In this document: positions 17,858 to 27,505 of the stretch, piece after piece | How the letters are laid out: each line of letters opens with the position of its first letter | Numbering within the stretch: the stretch's first letter is position 1 | Assembly (NCBI GenBank): GCA_948442695.1 | Contig: CAOJSF010000002.1 | Span: forward strand, 132,254-196,253 | DNA: 64,000 nucleotides | Origin: an uncultured Clostridia bacterium | Lineage (GTDB): Bacteria; Bacillota; Clostridia; Christensenellales; UBA1242 | Direction of reading: 5' to 3' | The notes under the pieces: generated by a model | The model's input: only the letters and a program-made list of their open reading frames with translations | What the model was told of the DNA's origin: nothing | Database searches by the model: none | Position numbers and translations under genes: made by a program

Positions 17858-19816
17858 TTAATACAACTTTTTTGAAATTTTTCTGACTATATCTCTTACA
17901 TTGAAACCTGCTTTAGAATATACTTCTTTTCCCTCTCCGCTTGATTGATAATCTTCGACTCCTATAAATAAACCATTCTCACCTATATATTTATACCAGT
18001 TTGAGTCATTTGAAGCCTCTATCGCCACTCTAAGAGATGCATTTTTTTGCAACACTTTATTTTTGTAAAGGGTTGATTGCTTTTCAAATATTTCCATACT
18101 AGGCATTGAAACTACACTTACATCATATTTCTTTTCAAGTTCTTTTGCAACATTAAGTGCCAAAGCGACCTCACTTCCAGTAGCATAAATTACCACATCG
18201 GCATCTTTTCGTGCAGGTTTTAAAATATACCCGCCCATTTCTGCATCTTTATATCTGCCATCAACAACTTCCATATTTTGTTTTGACAAGACAAATGCGA
18301 AAGGACCGCCTTCTCTCAAGAAGTATTTATATCCGGCCAAAAGTTCATTTCCATCACATGGTCTAAAGGTTGTAAGTCCGACTATAGACCTTAATTGTCC
18401 CAGTTCTTCTATAGGTTGATGTGTTGGACCATCTTTTCCCACATGAATGCTGTCATGAGTAAATATAAAAAGTGAATTGCAGTTCATAAGTGATGCCATT
18501 CTGATAGAAGGCAACATATAAGAAGAAAAACTTAAGAAAGTGGCACAGAAAGGAATAAAATCTTCATACAAACTAATTCCATTGACTATCGCACCCATTG
18601 CGTGTTCTCTCACTCCAAAATGAATATTTCTACCTCGTCTGTTGCCGACATTGTAGTTTCCTGCATTTTCAATTATGGTTGAACTTTGTTGTGTAACATC
18701 TGCTGTGCCACCTACAACCTGATAAAGTTTTTCACAAATTTCATTTAAGACTATTTTATTGATATCTTTTCCAGACAGACCTTCCCACTTGTAAGCATTT
18801 CTTGAAAGTTTGTCAATATCAAGTTTCTTTTTATCAAAAAAGGTGGTAAATTGACGATATAAATCTGGATTTGAAGTTGCATAGACAGCCAAATCTTGAT
18901 TCCACTTTTCATGATTTAATTTGCCTATTCTAGAACTTGCCATACACCAGTCTCTGACATCGTTTGGCACATAGAAATTTTCATAGACACCCATCTTTTT
19001 ATTGAAAATTTTAAGTTCTTCTTGAGACAATGCAATTCCATGGATAGATGATGTCCCCTCTTTTGCCGTTCCTATTCCACTTGTGGTTTTGAAAATAATT
19101 ATACAAGGTTTATTTGATGATTTCGCTTTAGCAATTGCTCTAGAACAAGCATTGAAATCATTTCCTTTATAACAATGAACAACCTTCCATCCCATTGCTT
19201 TAAACTTCTTTGCAACATTTTCACGATTGACAAGTGTTATGCTTCCATCCATAGTCACATCGTTTGCATCATAAAGCAAAATTAACTTGTTTAAATTTAA
19301 AGTTCCAGCAAGCGAGCAGGCCTCTTGTGCCACACCTTCCATTAGACAACCATCACCAGCAAGACAATAGGTATAATGATTTATAATAGAAAAACCTACA
19401 CTATTAAACCTTTCTGCCATAATTGTCTGTGCTATAGCCATTCCTACAGCATTTGCCACACCTTGACCTGAAAGCCCAGTTGACACCTCAACACCATTCG
19501 TAGTTTTAGTTTCAGGATGGCCTGGTGTTTTAGAGCCCATAGCACGCAATGATTTTAAATCTTGCAAAGAAACATCAAATCCAAACAGAGAAAGAAGTGT
19601 ATAATAAACAGGACAGGCATGACCAGCCGACAAAACAAATCTATCCCTATTTAAATAGTCGGTATCAGATATATCGAAATTGTAATGGTTTTTAAATAAA
19701 GCAAGCATCATTGCACTCACACCCAAAGAAGAACCAGTATGGCCGCTACCAGCATTTGAAATTGATTGTGCAGTCAATGATTTAACATAATTTAAAGTTT
19801 TGTCAGCAATTTTCAT
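17858..19816 (-). CDS. tkt: Transketolase
   Basis: Motifs GSGHTGSSLG and DRFVLSAGHA, TPP-binding GDGCLMEG, and pyrimidine-binding and C-terminal domains. Length is 652 aa. Confidence 0.9.
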   Translation of the reverse strand: MKIADKTLNYVKSLTAQSISNAGSGHTGSSLGVSAMMLALFKNHYNFDISDTDYLNRDRFVLSAGHACPVYYTLLSLFGFDVSLQDLKSLRAMGSKTPGHPETKTTNGVEVSTGLSGQGVANAVGMAIAQTIMAERFNSVGFSIINHYTYCLAGDGCLMEGVAQEACSLAGTLNLNKLILLYDANDVTMDGSITLVNRENVAKKFKAMGWKVVHCYKGNDFNACSRAIAKAKSSNKPCIIIFKTTSGIGTAKEGTSSIHGIALSQEELKIFNKKMGVYENFYVPNDVRDWCMASSRIGKLNHEKWNQDLAVYATSNPDLYRQFTTFFDKKKLDIDKLSRNAYKWEGLSGKDINKIVLNEICEKLYQVVGGTADVTQQSSTIIENAGNYNVGNRRGRNIHFGVREHAMGAIVNGISLYEDFIPFCATFLSFSSYMLPSIRMASLMNCNSLFIFTHDSIHVGKDGPTHQPIEELGQLRSIVGLTTFRPCDGNELLAGYKYFLREGGPFAFVLSKQNMEVVDGRYKDAEMGGYILKPARKDADVVIYATGSEVALALNVAKELEKKYDVSVVSMPSMEIFEKQSTLYKNKVLQKNASLRVAIEASNDSNWYKYIGENGLFIGVEDYQSSGEGKEVYSKAGFNVRDIVRKISKKLY

Positions 19817-20279
19817 ATATTTCTCCTAGTTTTAACATTATTTTTTTTACCGATTGTGAAACCATACATTTATCCTGATAGATGACCAGATTCACATTTT
19901 TAGTAATAAAATTATTGCGATTTTCATAATCGATTTTGTTTGTAATCTTTGAAATCTTCTCTATAGGCAAATTCAAGAATACAATTATTGATTTATTAAA
20001 CAAAGCAAAGTTTTCTTTAAAAAGGTCAAAGTTGATGGTAAGAATGGTATTATTAAATTCAGCACATCTTTTTAAAACGCTTTTTTCTCTTTTCTTAAGA
20101 TAATCAAGTCCGCAAGTTTCAAGCACCTGTTTAGGATTTATTAAATCATAAACAATCATTTGATGACAATCAGCGACAAACATATCTAGCCTGTCCGCCA
20201 AAAGCGTAGCAACATTCTTGCTAAATTTATCATTAAGTGAAATTATTAAAATATTTATCTTGTCACAATTCACGTTCAT
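19803..20279 (-). CDS. Shikimate-kinase-like protein with degenerate P-loop
   Basis: 158 aa, colinear with AroK by memory (NILIISLNDKFSKNVATLLADRLDMFVADCHQ...REKSVL...IIVFLNLPIEK). The Walker A GxxGxGKS is replaced by SLNDKFSK. Overlaps the tkt start by 14 nt. Confidence 0.45.
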   Translation of the reverse strand: MNVNCDKINILIISLNDKFSKNVATLLADRLDMFVADCHQMIVYDLINPKQVLETCGLDYLKKREKSVLKRCAEFNNTILTINFDLFKENFALFNKSIIVFLNLPIEKISKITNKIDYENRNNFITKNVNLVIYQDKCMVSQSVKKIMLKLGEIYENC

Positions 20280-20318
20280 AATTATATATTATCATAAAAT
20301 TTTATATTGTTCAATAAA

Positions 20319-21431
20319 TTATTGCTTTTTTATTTTAAATGATGCAATATTTATTTTTTTGATTGGATAATGCCATATCATTAGAATCAAAATTATAAAT
20401 ATTCCAAATACTAAAGCAAGAAAATTATCGTTTTTTTCGGCTTTTGAAAATTTTATTTGTTGGTCCTTAACTGAAAAGGCAAAATGCCCCATATTGCCAG
20501 TGGCATAAATTTCAATATTGTTTTCTTTTAATCTTTCAACAACTTCAAAGTTTGGCAAAGAAGATGAAGTTCCACTTGATGAAATAATCGCCTTCTCAGG
20601 TTTTACATAATTTAAAAACAATTGCGAAGAAGATGTATAAGAGCCATGATGACCAACTTTCAAAACATCTGCCTTCAATTTGCTTCCATACTTTTCAACC
20701 AGTTTCTCCTCTGCTTCTTTTTCGGCATCACCTGCGAAAAGAAACTTTTTATTCTGATAGGAAATCATTAAAACAGCACTATCATTATTTGAATCGTTGA
20801 AAAGGTCGTCAAAAGGCGATAAAAATTCTATAGTGCAATCACTGGCATTTATTATTATTCCATTTTGAGAGAAATTCAATTCACATTTATTTTTATATGC
20901 CGATTTAATTATGTTATCATAAGTCAAACTTGTCGAAACACGATAATCATTTTCATTCAACAAATTGTCTTTTTCAAATAAAGAATACAACTTTGGCCTA
21001 AATATTCTTTTCACACCAAAATTCTCGATTATCTTTTTGCCACTTCCTATATGATCAGAATCTTCATGAGTCAAAACTAAATAATCAATACCTTTGTTTT
21101 TCTCATAATGATTAAATTGCCTTATGTATGAAGCAACCCTTTCATAATATCTCTCTTCCCCAGTATCAATAAGCATAGTCCTGCCATCTGGCAATCTTAT
21201 AAGAATAGAGTCACCATTTTCAACATCAATAACATGAACTTGAAAAGGATCATTTTTAAATGCAGTTGTATAATTTTCTCTTTCAAAAAATGTTATACCA
21301 TCAAAACAAATAAACAAAATCAAATATACTGCAATAAAAAACAAAGTAAGGGAAAGTTTGATATAAAATTCTCCCTTTGCAAATATTGTTTCACTAAATT
21401 TTTCTTTAAAAGTCTTTTGTTTTTTAATCAT
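20319..21431 (-). CDS. ComEC/Rec2-related metallo-beta-lactamase domain membrane protein
   Basis: Motifs VIDVENGDSILI, LVLTHEDSDHIGS (HxHxDH-type) and VGHHGS. TM helices at both ends. No competence-channel domain is present. Confidence 0.75.
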   Translation of the reverse strand: MIKKQKTFKEKFSETIFAKGEFYIKLSLTLFFIAVYLILFICFDGITFFERENYTTAFKNDPFQVHVIDVENGDSILIRLPDGRTMLIDTGEERYYERVASYIRQFNHYEKNKGIDYLVLTHEDSDHIGSGKKIIENFGVKRIFRPKLYSLFEKDNLLNENDYRVSTSLTYDNIIKSAYKNKCELNFSQNGIIINASDCTIEFLSPFDDLFNDSNNDSAVLMISYQNKKFLFAGDAEKEAEEKLVEKYGSKLKADVLKVGHHGSYTSSSQLFLNYVKPEKAIISSSGTSSSLPNFEVVERLKENNIEIYATGNMGHFAFSVKDQQIKFSKAEKNDNFLALVFGIFIILILMIWHYPIKKINIASFKIKKQ

Positions 21432-21434
21432 ATT

Positions 21435-22262
21435 TTATCTTATAAAAATAATATCTTTATTTATATTTTTAATTTTATTTGTTCTTTTCTTTTTAAAAAG
21501 TTCCATAATTTGAGGCATGATATCTATCGTTGCTTTATAACCTTCTTCAATCATCTCTTCCATTCCATCTGTCTTTGTCGACTTAAATCTTTTGGTTTCA
21601 GGTGCTATGACAAGATCAGAATTTACATAACCTCTCACAGCATTGCTCTTCATAAGTATTCTAATAGAACAACTTATGACATCTATAAACTTTGTGCTGT
21701 CCGTCCCATAAGACCTAGATTTATTTACATCCACAGAAATGACATAGTCACAACCAAAATATCTAGGAATATCGGCAGGAATGGTGTTTTGTAATCCGCC
21801 ATCACAAAGAATCATATCATTATAAACAACAGGTTGAAAGACGCCTGGAACTGCACAACTGCCCATAACCGCTTTTGCTAAATTCCCTTTTGCAAAACAA
21901 ACTTCTTTAGTCGACTTTATATCAACTGCAACCGCAGCAAAAGGAGTAGACAAATCTTCGATATTGATATCTCCCAGCCAACCTGTCACAATTTCACCAA
22001 CACCATCAATCTTTGAAGGCGTAAATGGAATAATATTTTTTCTGATGTCTTTCTCTTTTAGGTTTTTGATTATATCATACATTTGCTTGTAAGTATAGCC
22101 AGCAGAGTAAAATGCACCAGCAATACTTCCAGCACTTGTTCCTGCCACAAAATCAAATTTGAGACCAAATTCTTCAAATGCTTTAATTGCACCTAGATGA
22201 CAAAATCCTCTTGCACCACCACCGCCAAATGCGACTCCTATTTTTACTTTGCGTCCAAACAT
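21435..22262 (-). CDS. Patatin-like phospholipase
   Basis: GGGGARG oxyanion motif, GTSAG nucleophile motif and a DGG motif. Confidence 0.85.
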   Translation of the reverse strand: MFGRKVKIGVAFGGGGARGFCHLGAIKAFEEFGLKFDFVAGTSAGSIAGAFYSAGYTYKQMYDIIKNLKEKDIRKNIIPFTPSKIDGVGEIVTGWLGDINIEDLSTPFAAVAVDIKSTKEVCFAKGNLAKAVMGSCAVPGVFQPVVYNDMILCDGGLQNTIPADIPRYFGCDYVISVDVNKSRSYGTDSTKFIDVISCSIRILMKSNAVRGYVNSDLVIAPETKRFKSTKTDGMEEMIEEGYKATIDIMPQIMELFKKKRTNKIKNINKDIIFIR

Positions 22263-22351
22263 ATCATCACCTCAAAATTAATCACCTAATTAGTATAGCC
22301 CAAAAAGATATAAAAACAAAATAAAATAAAAATAAAATTTCAATAAAATGC

Positions 22352-22380
22352 TTGATTTTTGTAAAAACCTTTGTTATACT
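22352..22380 (+). promoter_or_regulatory. Sigma-70-type promoter of tRNA-Glu
   Basis: TTGATT (22352-22357), 17-nt spacer, extended -10 TGtTATACT ending at 22380. It lies 18 nt upstream of the tRNA. Confidence 0.6.
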
Positions 22381-22397
22381 ATAAAAGAATTTAATAA

Positions 22398-22472
22398 GGC
22401 CTCATGGTCAAGCGGTTAAGACGCCGCCCTCTCACGGCGGAATCAGGAGTTCGATTCTCCTTGAGGCTACCA
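22398..22472 (+). tRNA. tRNA-Glu (anticodon CUC), CCA encoded
   Basis: Acceptor GGCCTCA/TGAGGCT (G1-U72 wobble), D-arm GTCAAGCGGTTAAGAC, anticodon stem CCGCC/GGCGG with loop CTCTCAC, T-loop GTTCGATTC, terminal CCA. Confidence 0.85.
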
Positions 22473-22477
22473 CATTT

Positions 22478-22506
22478 AAAAACCACATTATTATGTGGTT
22501 TTTATT
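22478..22506 (+). terminator. Rho-independent terminator after tRNA-Glu
   Basis: Hairpin AACCACAT-tatt-ATGTGGTT followed by a T run. Confidence 0.7.
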
Positions 22507-22913
22507 ATTTTAATACATTTAAATTTATTCTACTTGTTTTTTTATTAATAAATTTCAACTTTTATACTACTTTCTATTTAAAATGATTTCAATATTTATC
22601 TTAGACAAAAGCGAATATGTTGATTAAAAGCAGTTTATTGTTTTTTATAAATTTCACTTATTTCCAAACAAAAATTAAATGATTTTAAAATATAAATTCC
22701 CTTTTTAATTTTAATAAATAACAATATAATAATAGTGATTTTTTTCAATTTTACCCTTCATTAACTCGCAATTTTTTTCTAAATTTTTAGGCAAAATTTA
22801 CCAAAAAACAAAATACAACATTTTTCGACAATATTTTTGTATGAAAAATTATAATATTTGTAAAAATTGTTCAATTTGCTTTACTTACAAGATGATTTGT
22901 TATATTATAGTAA

Positions 22914-22996
22914 CTGATGAAAATCAGGTACATACAGACGGTTTTCTCCTAAGTAAATGGCTGTCTGGGAGACCTTAAATTTTTAAGGTCTTTTTT
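22914..22996 (+). ncRNA. Candidate ~80-nt structured small RNA of unknown class
   Basis: Upstream extended -10 TGtTATATT at about 22898-22906. Hairpin CTGAT-GAAA-ATCAG (22914-22927). 7-bp stem CAGACGG/CTGTCTG (22935-41 with 22961-67). Loop UCUCC (22945-49) is complementary to GGAGA (22968-72). 9-bp terminator AGACCTTAA/TTAAGGTCT plus T6 (22970-22996). No plus-strand ORF follows. Confidence 0.35.
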
Positions 22997-23110
22997 AATT
23001 CATTACAAATTAGAATTATAAATATTTTTTGCAAAAATCATTAATATAAAAAGATATTTTTTATCAAAAAAACTCACTGAAACAAAACACTTTTATATGT
23101 AGTTTTAAAA

Positions 23111-23788
23111 TTAATCAAAATTTGGTTTAAAAATTATATTGATAGAAAAAGAATAATTTATAGTTGGACAATTAAAAGTGATATTATCAGCATTTTTTAT
23201 GTCGAAAACATGAAATTGTCCAAATTCATAAAGAACATTAAAACTATTTTTATCATAATCATATGAAAGATTTAAATTCTCAATTTTATTATTCATCAAA
23301 TCAAAAATTTCTATTTCAAATAATGCACTATTATCAAAAATAGTCAAACTAGAAGAATTATAATCAAAGTCACAAAATTCTATTGTATTAATCTTAAATT
23401 TATGGCCTATTTCAAAAACTTCAACAACAAAAGTTTTTGTCAATTTTTCCTTTGTATTTTCAATTTCAAGAGTTACATTTACCCTGCCCGATTTCTTACC
23501 TTCTAAATAACTTTCATTTATTTCAATAACATCTTTATTATCAACTTTAATTGAAACTTTTGCAGTTTTATCATTTATTTGATAAAAATCATCAACTCTT
23601 TGCCCTACGCTTATTTTTAAATCTCTTACTATGCAGTTTAGAGGTTTATAATATTCAGAATCGTCATTTTTATTTTTGCCTAGCATAAATACAAGCAACA
23701 AAGTGACAGACATTGCTAAAACTAATAGACTTACAACGATTGTAATAATTCTTTTATTCATATACATAATTATAACAATTTTTGACAA
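23111..23788 (-). CDS. Membrane-anchored hypothetical protein with Ig-like fold signature
   Basis: TM helix IITIVVSLLVLAMSVTLLLVFML. The beta-rich segment SGRVNVTLEIENTKEKLTKTFVVEV resembles a bacterial Ig-like domain. Start codon is uncertain (ATGs at 23767 and 23761 also possible). It lies downstream of rpoC. Confidence 0.5.
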   Translation of the reverse strand: MSKIVIIMYMNKRIITIVVSLLVLAMSVTLLLVFMLGKNKNDDSEYYKPLNCIVRDLKISVGQRVDDFYQINDKTAKVSIKVDNKDVIEINESYLEGKKSGRVNVTLEIENTKEKLTKTFVVEVFEIGHKFKINTIEFCDFDYNSSSLTIFDNSALFEIEIFDLMNNKIENLNLSYDYDKNSFNVLYEFGQFHVFDIKNADNITFNCPTINYSFSINIIFKPNFD

Positions 23789-23954
23789 AAAAGTAAATTA
23801 TTTTACAATAAATATATTTTAAAAATTATAAACTAAAAAATAAAACGACATTTTATAAAATTAAAATCAATTTACTGAATTATTGCAAATAAAAAACCAT
23901 ACATAAGTATGGTTTTTCTTAGAAAAATCTCAAATAAATTAAGTGTTTTCTTTA

Positions 23955-26900
23955 TTATTCTGCAATTGCATCATCTTCATCTTTAATCACAACTGGCATA
24001 ACTGATCTATAATTTTTAAGTCCAGTTCCGGCTGGAATAAGTTTTCCGATGATAACATTTTCTTTAAGTCCCAAAAGATTGTCGACTTTTCCTTTAACAG
24101 AAGCATCTGTAAGAGTCCTTGAAGTCTCCTGGAATGATGCTGCAGAAAGGAAACTTTCTGTTGAAAGAGATGCCTTTGTAATACCCAGCAATACTCTCTT
24201 AACAGTTGCAGGAACTCCACCTTCTTGTAAAATACGTTCATTTTCTTCATCACATTTGAATACATCAACGATTTCGCCAGGAAGGAGAGATGTGTCTCCA
24301 GAAGATTCTACCTTAACTTTTTTAAGCATTTGTCTGATAATAAGTTCTACGTGTTTATCGTTTACCTTAACGCCTTGACCTCTATATGTGTCAATAACTT
24401 GAGATAACAGATAATCTTGAAGTCCCTTCACACCTCTCATTCTGAGAAGGTCTGCAGGATTGATAGCACCGGCTGTAATTTGAGTTCCTGGTTCAACAGT
24501 ATCACCATTTTTAACAAGTAAAACGACAGGTTTCTTTGCTTCATATTCAATATCACCCTCACGAGAAGTAACAGTGAAATAATAATATTTTGCATCTTGT
24601 TTAATTGTGATTTTTCCAGCAACTTCAGAAATAAGTGCTTCACCTTTTGGCTTTCTTGCTTCAAAGATTTCTTCAACACGAGGAAGACCTTGAGTAATAT
24701 CAAGAGCGGAAGCAACACCACCAGAGTGGAAGGTTCTCATTGTAAGTTGGGTACCAGGTTCACCGATTGATTGAGCAGCGACAATACCAACTGCTTCACC
24801 GATATTTACCATGCTCTTATTACTTAAATCTCTTCCATAACATTTTGCACAAACACCATGTTTGCAACGGCAGGTAAAGAGTGATCTAATTTGTACTTTA
24901 GTTATACCAGCCTTAGTCACCTTGCTTGCCTGATCTGTTGTAATCATAGTATTTGCAGGAACAATAAGTTCATGAGTTGTAGGATCAATAATATCATCGA
25001 CACTTACTCTGCCATAGATTCTCTCTGCGAGAGTCTCTTGAACAGCGCCATCAACAACAAGGTCGCTTACCCAAACACCCTTCACCTTTTCATCAAGGTC
25101 AGCAAAACAGTCTTCAGTGGTCACAACAACATCTTGAGAGATATCTACAAGACGACGAGTCAAATAACCTGAGTCGGCTGTTTTAAGAGCGGTATCTGAA
25201 AGTGATTTTCTAATACCACGGGCGGTAATGAAATATTCGATAGGAGTCAAGCCTTTAACGAATGATGACTTAATAGGTCCAACCATTTCACCAGAAGCGG
25301 TTGTTTTCAATCCGATCATACCGCAAAGAGAGTTGATCTGGTTTGTATCACCACGGGCACCAGATACATACATGATTTTGAAAGGATTGTCATCAGCCAT
25401 GCTTGCAACAACTGCTTCAACAACCTTAGATTTTGTATCTGCCCAGTATTCATTGTTGATTTTGATTTTTTCTTCGTTTGTAATGAGACCTCTTCTAAAG
25501 AGTTTCTCATTTTCTCTTACCTTATCTTCTGCTTCTGCAATGATATCATATTTCTCTTTTGGCTCGGAAATATCAAAAGCATTCACTGTAAGAGCACCGA
25601 GTGTGGCATATTTATAACCTGTTGCTTTGATTCTGTCAACAAGTTTTGCACATTCGCTTGTTCCATGAATATCGTAAGCCTTTGCTAAGATGTTTCCTAA
25701 ATCTTTCTTCACAATGGCACGATTAAGTTCAAGTTCACAATAATTTTCAGGATTTGTTCTATCAACATATCCTAAATCTTGTGGAATTTGTTCATTGAAT
25801 AAAATTCTTCCAACTGTTGTTTCAACAATCTTAGAATATTTTTTGCCATCAACTTCTTTTTCAAGTCTAACTTTGATTTTTGCTTGAAGATGAAGTTTTT
25901 GAGTCTGATATGCAATTATTGCCTCTTCTTTAGAAGCAAATATTCCGCCCTCACCTAAAACGCCATCCTTTTGAATTGTCATATAAGCACAACCCAAAAT
26001 AATATCTTGAGATGGTGTAACGATAGGGTCACCATCAGATGGTTTTAAGATGTTGTTTGACGCAAGCATAAGAGTTCTTGCCTCTGTTCTTGCATCAAGA
26101 GAAAGTGGAACATGGATAGACATCTGGTCACCGTCGAAGTCGGCATTGAAAGCAGCGCAGACTGATGGGTGAAGTTTGATTGCCCTTCCTTCTACGAGGA
26201 CAGGTTCAAACGCTTGAACAGAAAGTCTATGAAGAGTTGGAGCACGGTTTAAGAATACTGGATGGTCTTTTATGACCTCAGCAAGAATATCCCAAACAAC
26301 AGCTTTTTCCTTTTCAATCATTCTCTTTGCAGACTTGATATTATGAGACTTATTGAGGTCTACAAGTCTGTTCATAATGAAAGGTTTGAAAAGTTCGAGC
26401 GCCATTTCTTTTGGCACACCACACTGATACATTTTAAGTTCTGGGCCAACAACGATAACCGAACGACCAGAATAGTCAACACGCTTACCGAGAAGGTTGA
26501 GTCTGAAACGACCCTGTTTTCCTCCCAACATAGCAGTAAGAGATTTGAGGTCTCTTTGTTTAGAACTTTGAACGGCTTTTCCCCTCTTACCATTATCAAT
26601 AAGGTTGTCAACAGCCTCTTGAAGCATTCTCTTTTCATTTCTTACAATTACATCAGGAGCACCCAGTTCCATAAGTTTTTTAAGACGATTGTTTCTGTTT
26701 ATAACTCGTCTATAGAGGTCATTCAAGTCACTTGTAGCATATCTGCCACCATCAATAGGAACCATAGGTCTAAGATCTGGTGGAAGCACTGGAATTACAT
26801 CAAGAACCATCCATGTTGGATTGTTTCCACTTTTCAAGAAAGATTCAACAACATCTAGTTTTTTGATAGCCTTGATTCTTCTTTGACCTTTCATAGTCAC

Positions 26901-27488
26901 AAGTGCCTCTTTAAGAGTCACTGCCTCTTTTTCAAGGTCTACCTCATCAAGAAGTCTCTTGATTGCAGAAGCACCCATTCCAACTTCAAAAGCATCATAG
27001 CCATATTTGTCACAAGCCTCATGATATTCTTTGTCAGTGATAACTTGTTTATAAGCAAGGTCAGTGCGTTTTGGATCAAGGACAACATAGCAAACATAAT
27101 AAACAACCTGTTCAAGCACCTTTGGAGTCATTTCAAGAAGAGTACCTATTTTTGAAGGCACATTTCTGAAAAACCAAATATGAGTGCAAGGAGCAGCAAG
27201 TTCAATATGACCCATTCTTTCACGTCTCACCTTTGCTCTGGTTACTTCAACACCACACTTGTCACAAACAACGCCCTTATAGCGAACTCTTTTGTATCTT
27301 CCGCATTGACATTCCCAGTCCTTTCTAGGTCCAAAAATCTTTTCGCAAAAAAGACCATCCCTTTCAGGCTTTTGAGTTCTGTAATTGATAGTTTCAGGTT
27401 TGGTGACCTCACCATGAGACCATTCTCTGATCTTCTCTGGTGAGGCAATTCCTATTTTAATAGAATCAAAATTGTTTAATTCAAACAT
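23955..27488 (-). CDS. rpoC: DNA-directed RNA polymerase subunit beta'
   Basis: 1177 aa. Zinc-binding [20 protein letters not shown], catalytic NADFDGDQM, and bridge-helix and trigger-loop regions. Confidence 0.97.
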   Translation of the reverse strand: MFELNNFDSIKIGIASPEKIREWSHGEVTKPETINYRTQKPERDGLFCEKIFGPRKDWECQCGRYKRVRYKGVVCDKCGVEVTRAKVRRERMGHIELAAPCTHIWFFRNVPSKIGTLLEMTPKVLEQVVYYVCYVVLDPKRTDLAYKQVITDKEYHEACDKYGYDAFEVGMGASAIKRLLDEVDLEKEAVTLKEALVTMKGQRRIKAIKKLDVVESFLKSGNNPTWMVLDVIPVLPPDLRPMVPIDGGRYATSDLNDLYRRVINRNNRLKKLMELGAPDVIVRNEKRMLQEAVDNLIDNGKRGKAVQSSKQRDLKSLTAMLGGKQGRFRLNLLGKRVDYSGRSVIVVGPELKMYQCGVPKEMALELFKPFIMNRLVDLNKSHNIKSAKRMIEKEKAVVWDILAEVIKDHPVFLNRAPTLHRLSVQAFEPVLVEGRAIKLHPSVCAAFNADFDGDQMSIHVPLSLDARTEARTLMLASNNILKPSDGDPIVTPSQDIILGCAYMTIQKDGVLGEGGIFASKEEAIIAYQTQKLHLQAKIKVRLEKEVDGKKYSKIVETTVGRILFNEQIPQDLGYVDRTNPENYCELELNRAIVKKDLGNILAKAYDIHGTSECAKLVDRIKATGYKYATLGALTVNAFDISEPKEKYDIIAEAEDKVRENEKLFRRGLITNEEKIKINNEYWADTKSKVVEAVVASMADDNPFKIMYVSGARGDTNQINSLCGMIGLKTTASGEMVGPIKSSFVKGLTPIEYFITARGIRKSLSDTALKTADSGYLTRRLVDISQDVVVTTEDCFADLDEKVKGVWVSDLVVDGAVQETLAERIYGRVSVDDIIDPTTHELIVPANTMITTDQASKVTKAGITKVQIRSLFTCRCKHGVCAKCYGRDLSNKSMVNIGEAVGIVAAQSIGEPGTQLTMRTFHSGGVASALDITQGLPRVEEIFEARKPKGEALISEVAGKITIKQDAKYYYFTVTSREGDIEYEAKKPVVLLVKNGDTVEPGTQITAGAINPADLLRMRGVKGLQDYLLSQVIDTYRGQGVKVNDKHVELIIRQMLKKVKVESSGDTSLLPGEIVDVFKCDEENERILQEGGVPATVKRVLLGITKASLSTESFLSAASFQETSRTLTDASVKGKVDNLLGLKENVIIGKLIPAGTGLKNYRSVMPVVIKDEDDAIAE

Positions 27489-27505
27489 ATCAAATCCCCT
27501 TTTTA

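Noticed and set aside
21234-21794. 186-aa plus-strand ORF spanning the ComEC-MBL/patatin junction
   Set aside because: It is antisense to two genes with clear catalytic motifs, and its translation is low-complexity.
22404-22586. Tracked 60-aa ORF overlapping tRNA-Glu
   Set aside because: It starts inside the tRNA and runs through its terminator, so it is not a plausible gene.
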